A DNA stretch of 63,946 nucleotides, filler included, from Octopus bimaculoides (lineage: Eukaryota), in assembly GCF_001194135.2 (NCBI RefSeq). It is 12 parts of 10 records of this genome, joined end to end, with 100 filler letters (N's around TTAATTAATTAA, not from the genome) between each part and the next. Parts side by side here need not be neighbours in the genome. Positions count along the whole stretch, not along the records: positions 31,379 to 43,100 come from NC_068993.1; positions 43,201 to 47,631 come from NC_068982.1; positions 47,732 to 54,570 come from NC_068993.1; positions 54,671 to 57,704 come from NC_068986.1; 8 more parts are not named here. One strand, written 5' to 3'. The notes beneath the pieces are model-generated. The model worked only from the letters and a program-made list of their open reading frames with translations, did not search any database and was not told where the DNA came from. Made by a program: the position numbers and the translations under genes. This document shows positions 41,846-54,969 of this stretch, one piece after another (position 1 is the stretch's first letter; every line of letters begins with the position of its first letter).

Positions 41846-42279
41846 ACACACACACACACACACATACATGTATATGCACACGCACACACCTATATATATA
41901 TACACATATATATACGCATATACACACACACACACATAAATACACATATTAAGAGAGAAGGATAGACTCACACACATGCATATACATATGTAAATTGATA
42001 TCAAACTTGATAAATAGACAGACAGACAAATTTGATAGATAATTAGACAGTCTGACATACTAACAGACAAACAAACAGAGAGAGAGATAGACAGAATAAC
42101 GGACAGTTAGTTTACTTTCATGTAGGCTAGAAGATAATTGTTGGAAGTAATGCTGGGCATTTTTGTATCAATATCAGGGATTGGCTGGGGATGGAGAGAA
42201 TGTCATCGTTTGTGGAACTGTAGACCAAAGCATAAAAACATGAAAGGAAGAATTAGTAAAGAATGCAAAAAAGATGCAA

Positions 42280-42466
42280 AGAAGAAGAAGAAGAAGAAGA
42301 AGAAGAAGAAGAAGAAGAAGAAGAAGAAGAAGATGATGATGATGATGATGACGACGATGATGATGATCGTGATGATGATGATGACGACGATGATGATGAT
42401 GATGATGACGATGATGATGACGACGATGAAGATGATGAGGACGATGATGACGACGATGATGAGGAC

Positions 42467-42498
<32 letters not shown>

Positions 42499-42500
42499 AG
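42280..42500. repeat. Compound (GAA)n(GAT/GAC)n microsatellite; similar at 46925-47040, 59000-59340 and 60470-60737
   Basis: Read directly. Confidence 0.95.
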
Positions 42501-45379
42501 GAGCAACTAACGAGCTAACAATCGAAGGAACACAAATGGAAAGAAAAAAAAACTGAAGGAATTTTTTTATTAATGGAATGTCACGCGCATTATTAAATGA
42601 GAGCGAAAAATGTCTAGAATCATCTTAAAAGTTATGGCGTTAATAGAGTTAAGAAATGGTTAGAAGCAATTCCTTTGTGAAAATTTCCACTTTGTCTTTC
42701 AAAGAGAAATAATGCAATGAAGTAGAAGTTAAATTACATTCATTAATTATAAATCTATCTGATTATATTTTGGATTAGTCTCGCCATGAAAGAGGTTCCC
42801 AAAGAGAAGCCGAGGTTACGAGAAAAGATACAAGTTTAAGTGATGATACAGTTGTCTAGATAAATGAAAGTTATAGGGGGAGTAAAGGGAGGTAATCAAT
42901 TACGATGTTGCTGATATATCATCGTTTCTGCGTAGATGAATATATTGGTAGCCTGTTAGGGTATTGAGCAAAAGATGTAAAGTGGACGGAAAAAAAAATA
43001 GCGCTTTAATGTTTATACAGGCTGTAGACTGTCAAATTAAATTATATCTATCATATATATATGTATATGTATGTATGTATGTATATATATATATATATAT
43101 NNNNNNNNNNNNNNNNNNNNNNNNNNNNNNNNNNNNNNNNNNNNTTAATTAATTAANNNNNNNNNNNNNNNNNNNNNNNNNNNNNNNNNNNNNNNNNNNN
43201 ATATATAGTATATACACACACGGACGCATACACACACACACACATACACACACACACACACATCTTTGTCTTTCTGTTTTCTGACGATTGTGGATCCTGT
43301 TATTATTTTATTATTCATCATTATTTTTTATAAAGTTTAATCATTTATATAGCAGTTTTTCAATAATCAGGTACGATTAGATATAGAGTGCTTTGTTGTG
43401 TATCGTATCAGCGATCGGTTATGATAAACAGTTTGGTTCTCAGTTGTGTAAGAGCATTGTATCTGTTGAATTGTGAAAGCTGACCTTGGCAAAAAGATTA
43501 TAGTATGAAAAGCTATTAAAAACCGCATCAACAATATGGAATTAGCAAATCCCGTTCTGTGAAAACTACTTGGAAGTATTGACTAAGATTTATTAAGAAG
43601 TTATGAAAAACATTATTATGTCTTTAATGTAATACTCGACAGTTATTAATTCTTTATCTGAGAGATTTAAACAGTTATAAGGCTTCAATAACACATGAGG
43701 GTTTTTCTTAATAGCACAACAGTTTTGCCAAATAAAACTAAACTGATTTGCATGTCAAAGTTTGAACGATTAATTAAGAAAATAGTGATATCAATCTCTT
43801 GATTCATATAGATTTTTCACAAAGAATGATTTCCTGGAGATTCAAAAATTCTCCCAGAAGTTGTTAGATTCAAAAACAGTAACGAAGTTACATTGAGAAT
43901 TATATTTATATGTGGCAGTGAGAACAAAACATTAATAAAGTAAAACTTATAAAGACATAAATGCGGTCGTCTACATCAGAAATCATTTTTAATTTTTGAT
44001 TATTTTCGTTAATAGATACTGAACTTCTAAAAAAGATATGCTATGACAAAAAATGTTATGATAATGTTTGCTGACGTACATTGGAAAAGAATGTTTTAGT
44101 TAATATTTATAGCATAAATATTAAGAGCAGTTGATAATGTATGTTAATCATATTCTTGAAATTATAAGGAAAAGTCAGTTAAATCTGCAGGAGATGGACA
44201 GTCTCTTCCTTATCTAATCATCTAATTATTGTCCATAAAGTGTTTGTTGGAAATAAAAATATGTAACCTGAAGCACATTAATATTTTCACCCTGCTGACT
44301 GCGGAAAGGTCAGCCTATACCGTCTTGGTATTTTGCCTCTAGCATGCTGTTGAGTCCTTCAATGATACAAACGACTCATATGAAAAAGTCGAGTCTTTCA
44401 AGCATGTTTCAATCGGGTTTCACACACGCGCCCACATATGCCTCTGTGTATGGCTGTGTGCGTATGCGTGTATATATATATGTGTGTGAATGTGTGTGTG
44501 TGAGTGTGTGTATGTGTATGTACACACAGACATACGCATATATGTGTGTGTGTGTGTATAGATACATGTCTTTATACACACATACACTTATATATGTGTA
44601 GCATTTATTCTCCTGGATATTGCTGTCGAGCGTTGTAGAGGCAGACATGAAGATACACATACACATACACACACACTCACATGCACATACACACGCACAC
44701 ACAAATACACACACATATGCATATATGTAAGTATGTGTGCATTATGAATGTATGTATGCATCTATATATATATATATATATAGATGCATACATACATTCA
44801 CACACACACACACACATACACACACACACATTCACACACACACACACAAATTAACGAACAAGAGGACGTGCGAAAGAAATAAATTAGCTCGAAATCGATA
44901 AAAAGTGAGAGTTTGACGTTTTGAACATAGCTCTTCGTCGGAAGGAAGAAAGGGAAAAGAAGGAAAAGAAATCTCCACCGGCACGTGTGTGGTTACATTG
45001 CTGAAATGACCGGAAGTAGAAAGAGATAGAGAAAGTAGTTTTGGGGGACAGAAGAATGAGAAGATGTGTGTGTGTGTGTGTGTGGTAATGTCTGTGTGCG
45101 TGTCTGTGTTTGTGTGAGTGATGTGCGAATGAGAGTGTGAGTCAACGAGTGATTCAGACGAAGGAGATCACAAGTGTATGAGTGGGTGTGACTGTGTGTG
45201 TATATATGTGTTAGTATGTGTACGTATGACAGAATGTGTATGTGTGTGTGTGTGTGTGCGTATAAGTGCGTGTGTGTGTTTCTTTCTTTATATACGTGTG
45301 AGTGCGCTTATAAATGTGCACGAATGTCTGTGTTGAAGTATGAATACGTGCATGTGTTTCGCGCACGTGTAGTGTGTGT

Positions 45380-45416
<37 letters not shown>

Positions 45417-47339
45417 CGTGAGAAAGAGAGATCCGGTGGCACGTGTGTTGGTGCGTTGGTGTAGCTGTACGTATATATTTTTGTGAGTGTGCACATGAGC
45501 GCGTGTGTACGTATGTGCGAGTGTATTTGGATATATATGTATGTACGTACGTACATACGTATGTATGTATGAATGTATGTATATATGTATGTATACCAGA
45601 TTCACTCAGATAGCATTGATTCACCCAACGCTATAGTAGAAATTACTGCAACGCATTGCGATTGAATTCGAGACCACGTGCTTGGGAACTGAACTTCTCA
45701 ACCAAAGCACCTTCATCTTTATACACACATTTATATATATCACCAATGTGTATGTTTATAGAGTGTATACGCACGAACGTATATATTTCTGTTAATGATA
45801 GCATTTTGCAATGACATGATACAGTTGATTCATGATTGGTCGTTGACGATGAAAATAAATAATGATAATGTTTATGAATGATATTAATGCGATGGGTTGT
45901 GATAGTGTTGGTTGTGGTTAATATTGAGCGTGATTTTAATAAATATGGTTATCGTTCTGCTGATGCTGCTAATGTTGATGTTGACCACAACGACAATAAC
46001 GATTAAAATGATTCTGTCGATGCTTGTGATGATGATTCAGAATTTTGCATCAATATTTATCTCAATATTTTCCGCTCAAATAATTCAATTGGATTGCATT
46101 GTATTAAATTGAGCTGTACAACTTCTCATTGTCAAACTAAACAGACAAAACAATGAATTGAAAGGAAACTGTCGCTGAAACGCTAAAATCTTTATGTTTT
46201 CTCTGTTCTGCTAATGGACTAAATTTGTCAAAATTAATCGTTTTTATTGGTTCTTTCAATTATCCTTTCCAGATTAATAACACATACGACGGCTAATGTT
46301 CTTTCGAAGAAGCGTTTTCGTTGAGTAAATAACGTAATTTTGTTAGTTTTGAGTTCAAACTTAAATAAGCTGGGCACTTGTTTTTCTATGTGTATTTTGG
46401 CGTTTCAAAAATATTTACACTCATAGTTTTATCCTGTCGAATGGATATAGGAAACCAATGTTCAAGGTGTGTCACATCTGTCTAAATAAAGATTTATATA
46501 TATCTTAATCTTTTATATGCAACAGATGCAGCCTTAGATTGAAATAGCAATATTATAAATACATCGCGAAAAGCAAATTTACTGCAGTATTTTTTCGGAG
46601 ATATAATATTTGTTTGCGGAAATTCTCTGTTTAAAAGCAAAGTATATATTGGAGGCCGAGGAAAATCGTCCTTGCAGCACATAGTGAGAATGCTAGATAC
46701 GCATTTCCGCTCCGCTGGGAATTGTCATGCTATAAAACGAATGTTATAAAATCGCATCTAAGACCGATCCTTGTGGCTTTGCACAAGTTTTCAACTGTAA
46801 GTATGGAAAGCAATTAAATTTTGGAACAATTAAAAGAAAAGATTTTTAAAAGAATATTTGCCTTTTTTCTGCCTGTCTCTGTTTACTCTTGTGGGTTCGA
46901 GGTCGTTGTGAATTCTTGGTAGGGAAGAAGAAGAAGAAGAAGAAGAAGAAGAAGAAGAAGAAGAAGAAGAAGAAGAAGAAGAAGAAGAAGAAGAAGAAGA
47001 AGAAGAAGAAGAAGAAGAAGAAGAAGAAGAAGAAGAAGAATGCGGGAGTGCCACGATAGTAGTATGTTAAATGGTCAAGGCCCTGAAAGTGACTAGTTGT
47101 GGATGGTAGTAGTGATCGAATTCTTGAGACACATCTTTTGAATGTTTTGTTAATAAAATTTGCGTAGGCGTTTCTCTTAACAGGAATAGTAGGGTGTTAA
47201 ATGGTCAAGTGACTTAAAAGTGGCTCGTTATGGATTATAGCAATGATTGGGACTGTTTTTTAATGAATTCTTGGGAATCTCTTGAGTGTATCATTTTTAA
47301 TATTTGCGTGTGTTTGTGTTATTCTAAGGCCGTAGTGGA

Positions 47340-47631
47340 TATGTCATATGTTGTAGGCGCGTTCAAAAGGGGTTTGTATTTTGTAATAAAGAGAATCTCT
47401 TTACTAATTCGTTGGCTACAGGTTGTATCGTCCCTGAGTTGGTAGAGTGGGGAAATTCTGAAGCTTGGATATTTGTTATTGGCGCAAATGTCGATGTGTT
47501 CGCTGAATGCTATTTTTCTGTTTTGGGGAATTTGGATCTGGGATCTGTGCAGAGCCATCCTTTTACGTAGACTGTTTTTTGTTTGGCCTATGTATTGCTC
47601 TTGACACCCATAGCAGGTTAGTGCGTATATC
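47340..47631 (-). mobile_element. Penelope-like GIY-YIG endonuclease relic, truncated at contig end
   Basis: IYALTCYGCQEQYIGQT..RKRMALHRSQI..FSEHIDICA..PLYQ..KEILFITKYKPLLN. Confidence 0.78.
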
Positions 47632-47852
47632 NNNNNNNNNNNNNNNNNNNNNNNNNNNNNNNNNNNNNNNNNNNNTTAATTAATTAANNNNNNNNNNNNN
47701 NNNNNNNNNNNNNNNNNNNNNNNNNNNNNNNACATGTATATATTCGTATGTATATGAAGGGGTGGATGTACGTGTGAGAGTATATGTGTATGTGTGCATG
47801 TATGTGTATTGTGTATGAATGAAGTGATAGACAACTTGATAGATAGATTGAT

Positions 47853-47909
<57 letters not shown>

Positions 47910-48099
47910 AAGACAGACAGACAGACTGACAGAGTGAGTGAGAGAGAGAGAGAGGAAGAGTGAGAGAGAGGAAGAGAGAGTGAGAGATAGAAAGAGAGAG
48001 AATATAAACGCATATATGTATACATATTTATTAGCTGAATTCTTACGTATGTGACTCATGACCAAAGAATTTCGAGTCTGCAGCTTATCAAATATTACC

Positions 48100-48144
<45 letters not shown>

Positions 48145-48999
48145 ATCTTCTAATCACCAAACTTACACGCACGCCTCCTCCCACCACACACACATACCTA
48201 CATAATATTATAAATATATATTAATATACTATAACGTTTAAAATTGTTATTTCGTAAGAAGCACTCTGCGTATATATACTGTAGCGGCGGTCCAATCGAA
48301 GCACATCAACATTCAACTAACACCACGCTTTTTGACTTCTGACGTGTTTCTGACATTTGTTTTTCTTTTTCAAATTTGCATCTGAGAAAATCATTACGAA
48401 TTTTCAAAATATATGCACATGTAATTTAATATATTTAAATCTCCCCTAAATTTCTCCATGTTTGAATTTTTTCGTATACTTTTTAAATGTTGATTAAAAA
48501 TGTGGACGTTAGAAATCTACTATCTATTTTGTCTTTTGAATTCTGAAAGAATTTTCGAAATTGAATTTGAAGTTGTACATAAAAACTCGCACACCGTGTA
48601 ACCCGCCGTAATATTCTTTTTCTGTTTTTAACGTTCTTCGACTAGTTTTCAGATTCTTCTGGGGAGTGTTTTGGAATATCTATCACTTAGGAAGACACCT
48701 GACCAAGTAGTACTTCGGAAACGGAAATGTGAGGTGAGGTGGGCCTGAAAGATGTTAAAAATTTTACGTCAATCAGTATTTCCATTTTTTTCTTTTTAAA
48801 CAAGTAATTCGGAAAAAAAATATTTCGTAAAAAATTAAAATATAAACTAATTACAACCGATTGCGTACTCTGAAATGGAATGGGAAGAGGATAGGGAAAA
48901 AAGAGACAGTTGGACATTTTTAACTTTTCTCTTCCGATTCGTAATCGATGCTTAAAACAAACTCAGAGAAGTTGTCGAAGAAATGTACAGTTGTATATT

Positions 49000-49745
49000 T
49001 ATTCTGAAATTCTACAGAGGAATTATTTTTAATTAGAGAGCTCACCAAATCTTGGCAACTTCTCTAGAACACCTTTCGTGTTTTCTGGTATATTTTATTG
49101 GGATTTTACTCAAAGATGTTCGGTTTGTCAAAGATGGCAGTTTAGCTCAACAGTTATTATTTGCAAAACAAATGGAAATAGATAGACAAGAGAAGTCAGC
49201 AATTTATGTTGTTGGAATGTTTTCAAAGAGAACGTCATCCTACTTGCCAACATTCTTGTTTGCGCAAGAGGCAGGGCTCCATCGATGGAAATTATCATCA
49301 TCGCTTCATGAACTTATTGAAGACTATTCGTACCTGGTGGGTTTATGCTGAGTTGTGCAATCCACTGACAACATCTTATTGCAAAGCACCTATAATTGAG
49401 CGTTGATATCACAGGAGTTAATAAATATCAAGGCACGTATTCTCAATTGCCGAATGTTTAAAAGAAAAGCTCTGCAATGGTAAATAGTTTAAACGTTTCT
49501 CGGTGAACGCAGAAGCTCCATGGCTATCGAAGGGAAGCTACATGAGAAGTTTATATTTCTTCATAAAAACAGCTGTTGAATTCTTCCAGGACTAATTATC
49601 TTCTCTGGAGTGAAATAAGAGACATAAAGAAGTTCAAAGCCTACATGAAAGTTATCTTCACAAAGACCAACGAAGTTTATTTGCGACTGGAATGAAATGA
49701 AGCTAAATTTATCAAAGTAAACTCAGTCCTCAACACGTTTCTAAG
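49000..49745 (+). mobile_element. hAT (Buster/Charlie-type) transposase relic
   Basis: VRFVKDGSLAQQLLFAK; CAIH*QHLIAK; IKARILNCRMFK; AEAPWLSKG (resembles EVRWLSRG); frameshifted. Confidence 0.75.
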
Positions 49746-50045
49746 TCATGGTTATTCATTTGTAACATAAGCTTTACTGAGTTCTTACGGTTTCCGAGCC
49801 TCTCTCAACCGGAGAAAGAAGAGAGCACATCTGCATATATGTAATTATGGTCACATATATCCTTAGGTGTGTATGTGTATGAATGAATGTAATGTAATGT
49901 AGTATAATGTAAAGGTTGCGAAACGGCCGTAATCCTATTCCTATAAGGGGTTGAATAAATATATTTACCAGTCTTACATCATGTTTTGTCATATATATAT
50001 ACATACACTTATATATATATACATACACTTATAAACATATATGTA

Positions 50046-50093
<48 letters not shown>

Positions 50094-50562
50094 NNNNNNN
50101 NNNNNNNNNNNNNNNNNNNNNNNNNNNNNNNNNNNNNNNNNNNNNNNNNNNNNNNNNNNNNNNNNNNNNNNNNNNNNNNNNNNNNNNNNNNNNNNNNNNN
50201 NNNNNNNNNNNNNNNNNNNNNNNNNNNNNNNNNNNNNNNNNNNNNNNNNNNNNNNNNNNNNNNNNNNNNNNNNNNNNNNNNNNNNNNNNNNNNNNNNNNN
50301 NNNNNNNNNNNNNNNNNNNNNNNNNNNNNNNNNNNNNNNNNNNNNNNNNNNNNNNNNNNNNNNNNNNNNNNNNNNNNNNNNNNNNNNNNNNNNNNNNNNN
50401 NNNNNNNNNNNNNNNNNNNNNNNNNNNNNNNNNNNNNNNNNNNNNNNNNNNNNNNNNNNNNNNNNNNNNNNNNNNNNNNNNNNNNNNNNNNNNNNNNNNN
50501 NNNNNNNNNNNNNNNNNNNNNNNNNNNNNNNNNNNNNNNNNNNNNNNNNNNNNNNNNNNNNN

Positions 50563-50888
50563 GACCCCAGGACTTATTCTTTGTAAGCCTAGTACTTATT
50601 CTATCGGTCTCTTTTTGCCGAACCGCTAAGTTACGGGGACGTAAACACACCAGCATCGGTTGTCAAGCGATGTTGGGGTGACAAACACAGACACACAAAC
50701 ACACATACATATATATATACATATATACGACGGGCTTCTTTCAGTTTCCGTCTACCAAATCCACTCACAAGGCTTTGGTCGGCCCGAGGCTATAGTAGAA
50801 GACACTTTCCCAAGGTGCCACGCAGTGGGACTGAACCCCGAACCATGTGGTTGGTAAGCAAGCTACTTACCACACAGCCACTCCTGCG
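50563..50888 (-). mobile_element. SINE family 1, antisense
   Basis: Same diagnostic sequence as the other copies. Confidence 0.88.
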
Positions 50889-51362
50889 AGGGTAAAAAAT
50901 TGATATTAATTAATATCGATTTAATACCATGGAACAAGCACATTAAAAGAATCAAGGAGATTCAGAAAAAATATCTGAGATCTCAAAGGATTATTGTATA
51001 TGTATATATAAAGGAGACCACTAGGTAGACTGTTAATGTGCTCGTAGATCACATGTAATGTGTCTACTAAAACCGAATTGTTCTCAAAGGAAATTTAGCG
51101 AAGCAACAAAAACGTATACGGACAAGGCAAGTTAAAATTACATAAATATATACAGTTATCTGCAAACTAGCTTCGAAATTAACATTTTCTTACCGAAAAT
51201 ATATGTTTCTCATTAGTACAGACCGCTAAATAAATATAATTCTCAGAACCGTATACTACTTGTTCCCCACGAATGAAGCACGTGTACACGGTTCTGTTAA
51301 TTACATTTATGGTAGGATTATGAGCGTTCCGATAGTGCTTTATCTTTCTGGCCAACGTACAA

Positions 51363-51640
51363 GTAGAAATCTAATCTACTGCAACAAATGCCCAAATTGT
51401 GAAGAACTGTACGTTGGCCAGACAAGTAATGCACTATCGGAACGCTCACGTGTGCATCGACAACAGATAAAAAACCCAGATGTCCGACAAATACCACTGG
51501 GTAACCATCTGGCAACATGTGGTCGAAAAAGGTTTATGATATTTCCATTCCATAAATTTTACAACCTCAATGAAATTGAGAGAAAGCGCAAAGAAAAGGA
51601 CTTTATTAAGAAATTCAAACCCACTCTTAACAAACAATGA
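51363..51640 (+). mobile_element. Penelope-like GIY-YIG endonuclease C-terminal fragment
   Basis: RNLIYCNKCPNCEELYVGQTSNALSERSRVHRQQI..LGNHLATCG..FPFHKF..KEKDFIKKFKPTLN. Confidence 0.8.
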
Positions 51641-52994
51641 TTAAATTTATCTTACTTGGGGTTTAAAAATCTTAACCCTATAACTAAAACACAAAAAATC
51701 TCTCAAATGTCATAATTTCTAAAAATAAACGTTGAAAAATGGTTTGGCATCATCTCTAAAAATAGCCAAACACCTACTGCTGCTGTCCAAAGGAATGTGT
51801 ATAAAAAACAAAAGGACAGCCAGTCAACTACACTACATCTGTCATGACTGCTATAAAGCAGGAAATTATACTAGCCCCTATATATATTTAATACTCAATA
51901 TTTCATATATTCAATAAGACATTCAATACTACATTTCATTTTACTATTTATTATATTATATATTCCAAATTCTATATCNNNNNNNNNNNNNNNNNNNNNN
52001 NNNNNNNNNNNNNNNNNNNNNNNNNNNNNNNNNNNNNNNNNNNNNNNNNNNNNNNNNNNNNNNNNNNNNNNNNNNNNNNNNNNNNNNNNNNNNNNNNNNN
52101 NNNNNNNNNNNNNNNNNNNNNNNNNNNNNNNNNNNNNNNNNNNNNNNNNNNNNNNNNNNNNNNNNNNNNNNNNNNNNNNNNNNNNNNNNNNNNNNNNNNN
52201 NNNNNNNNNNNNNNNNNNNNNNNNNNNNNNNNNNNNNNNNNNNNNNNNNNNNNNNNNNNNNNNNNNNNNNNNNNNNNNNNNNNNNNNNNNNNNNNNNNNN
52301 NNNNNNNNNNNNNNNNNNNNNNNNNNNNNNNNNNNNNNNNNNNNNNNNNNNNNNNNNNNNNNNNNNNNNNNNNNNNNNNNNNNNNNNNNNNNNNNNNNNN
52401 NNNNNNNNNNNNNNNNNNNNNNNNNNNNNNNNNNNNNNNNNNNNNNNNNNNNNNNNNNNNNNNNNNNNNNNNNNNNNNNNNNNNNNNNNNNNNNNNNNNN
52501 NNNNNNNNNNNNNNNNNNNNNNNNNNNNNNNNNNNNNNNNNNNNNNNNNNNNNNNNNNNNNNNNNNNNNNNNNNNNNNNNNNNNNNNNNNNNNNNNNNNN
52601 NNNNNNNNNNNNNNNNNNNNNNNNNNNNNNNNNNNNNNNNNNNNNNNNNNNNNNNNNNNNNNNNNNNNNNNNNNNNNNNNNNNNNNNNNNNNNNNNNNNN
52701 NNNNNNNNNNNNNNNNNNNNNNNNNNNNNNNNNNNNNNNNNNNNNNNNNNNNNNNNNNNNNNNNNNNNNNNNNNNNNNNNNNNNNNNNNNNNNNNNNNNN
52801 NNNNNNNNNNNNNNNNNNNNNNNNNNNNNNNNNNNNNNNNNNNNNNNNNNNNNNNNNNNNNNNNNNNNNNNTATATATATATATATATATGTATATACCA
52901 GTTGACATATAGTTTATGGAATATTTAAAACCTCAAAATTTTATACGTGCTTAAGTCAGAGATTTTTTAGCGAGTGTGCGCGCAAATATTACAT

Positions 52995-53026
<32 letters not shown>

Positions 53027-53799
53027 GTATATATATGTGTGTATTTGTACCATTTGCGTGCACACGCTCAAAAATCTCTGACTTAAGCACGTATAAAATT
53101 TTTGGGTTCTTACTTTGCAATAAACAATATGTAAACAGGTATATATATGCGTGTGTGTGTGTGGGGGGGGTATGTGTGTATGTATATGCTACACGTATAT
53201 ACACAAACATATACCGGCTCGTACGTGCTACAAGAATATTTGAATTGGTAATACTATTGCATTTGTACACATTACTGCTTAGTGCTCCAACCTCGTAGCA
53301 AACGGTCATATATTGCTGTTGTGACGAAATTTAGCAACATGTTATGATAATTTGACCGTTACGTATGAGAGATAATTGAATAAATAACACGGATTCGTTA
53401 GTTACAGTAAACAAGTTAAACGAGTTATGTATAATAAGTGTTTTGTCGCAGATGTCATAAGTGTATTAAAACAGATTTTTGTACCTGACCTTGTATTACC
53501 GTTAAAACAAAGCTAATAAGCTTTAGAAATTCCTGTACGGAGAAAGAAATTAACAACGATTTGTATAGTCTGTAATTTTATATTAAAAGTGAGGTGACTT
53601 CATTGTTTAAGATTTGTGCTTTTGTTCTTTTCTTTTGGTTCTGGAATATTATTATCATTAGTAGCAACCTCGTGTCGTCAAAAATGTTGAAAGTTTTATA
53701 GATGATAGGAAATGGGATATTAAAAAAAAAAAAACAGAAAGAAAACAAATGTATGTAGACACAATCCAGTAAATATATTCTTTTATTCTTCTACACGTT

Positions 53800-54160
53800 T
53801 CAGCACCACCTTAAAGGTTTTTAGTCAAAGAAATCGACCCCAGGGCCAATTCTTTCTAAGTTTTGTACTTATTTTTACGGGTCTCTTTTACAGAACCGCT
53901 ATGTTACGGTGACGTACACCCACCGACATCGGTTGTCAAGAAATGTTGGGGTGAGAAACACAGACACAAAGGCAAACATATATAGTTATACATATATAAA
54001 TACGATGGGTTTCCTTAAGTTATCGTCTACCAAAACCACGCTCAAGGATTTGGTCGGCCCTAGGCTATAGTAGAAAACACCTACCCAACGTGCCACGCAG
54101 TGGGATTCAACCCGGAACCATGTGGCTGGGAAATTTGTTTCTTACCATCGAGACACGCTT
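53800..54160 (-). mobile_element. SINE family 1, diverged antisense copy
   Basis: atcgaccccagg...cgtctaccaaaacc...ggtcggccc. Confidence 0.7.
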
Positions 54161-54276
54161 GCACCTTATACACAGAATTAGAGCACTCGAAGAATCAGAT
54201 AGGGTTGTACCCTCTCGGTTGAAGATATCGTCCACATAATGTCGACGATATATGTATATATATATATATATATATA

Positions 54277-54570
54277 TGGCTGTGTGGTAAGTACCTTGCC
54301 TACAAACCACATGGTTCTGGGTTCAGTCCCACTGCGTGGCATCTTGGGCAAGTGTCTTCTACTATATCCTCGGGCCGACCAAAGCCTTGTGAGTGGACTT
54401 GGTAGACGGAAACTGAAAGAAGCCCGTCGTATATATGTATATCTATATTTATGTATGTGTGTATGTGTTTGTGTGTCTGTGTTTGTCACCCCAACATCGC
54501 TTGACAACCGATGGTGGTGTGTTTACGTTCCCGTAACTTAGCGGTTCGGCAAAAGAGACCGATAGAATAA
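54277..54570 (+). mobile_element. SINE family 1, sense; a separate 3' tail starts the next contig at 54671-54833
   Basis: tggctgtgtggtaag (A box) and gggttcagtccc (B box); tail gaaacaagtaaaagagtaaaagag. Confidence 0.85.
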
Positions 54571-54890
54571 NNNNNNNNNNNNNNNNNNNNNNNNNNNNNN
54601 NNNNNNNNNNNNNNTTAATTAATTAANNNNNNNNNNNNNNNNNNNNNNNNNNNNNNNNNNNNNNNNNNNNTATGTCCCCGTCACTTAGTGGTTCGGCAAA
54701 AGAGACCGAAAGAATAAGTACTAGGCTTACAAAGAATAAGTCCCGGGGTCGATTTGCTCGACTAAAAGCGGTGCTCCAGCATGGCCGCAGTCAAATGACT
54801 GAAACAAGTAAAAGAGTAAAAGAGTAAAAGAGTATGTATACAAACATATGCATATGTGTGTGTGTATGGATATATATATGTACATACATA

Positions 54891-54969
<79 letters not shown>

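Noticed and set aside
42138-42556. Poly-E/D, poly-K/M and poly-H ORFs (also 60449-60793 and 59154-59400)
   Set aside because: Translations of trinucleotide microsatellites with no splice or domain support.
54530-54720. SINE apparently continuing across the spacer
   Set aside because: The two sides overlap in SINE position but differ in sequence, so they are different copies at contig ends.
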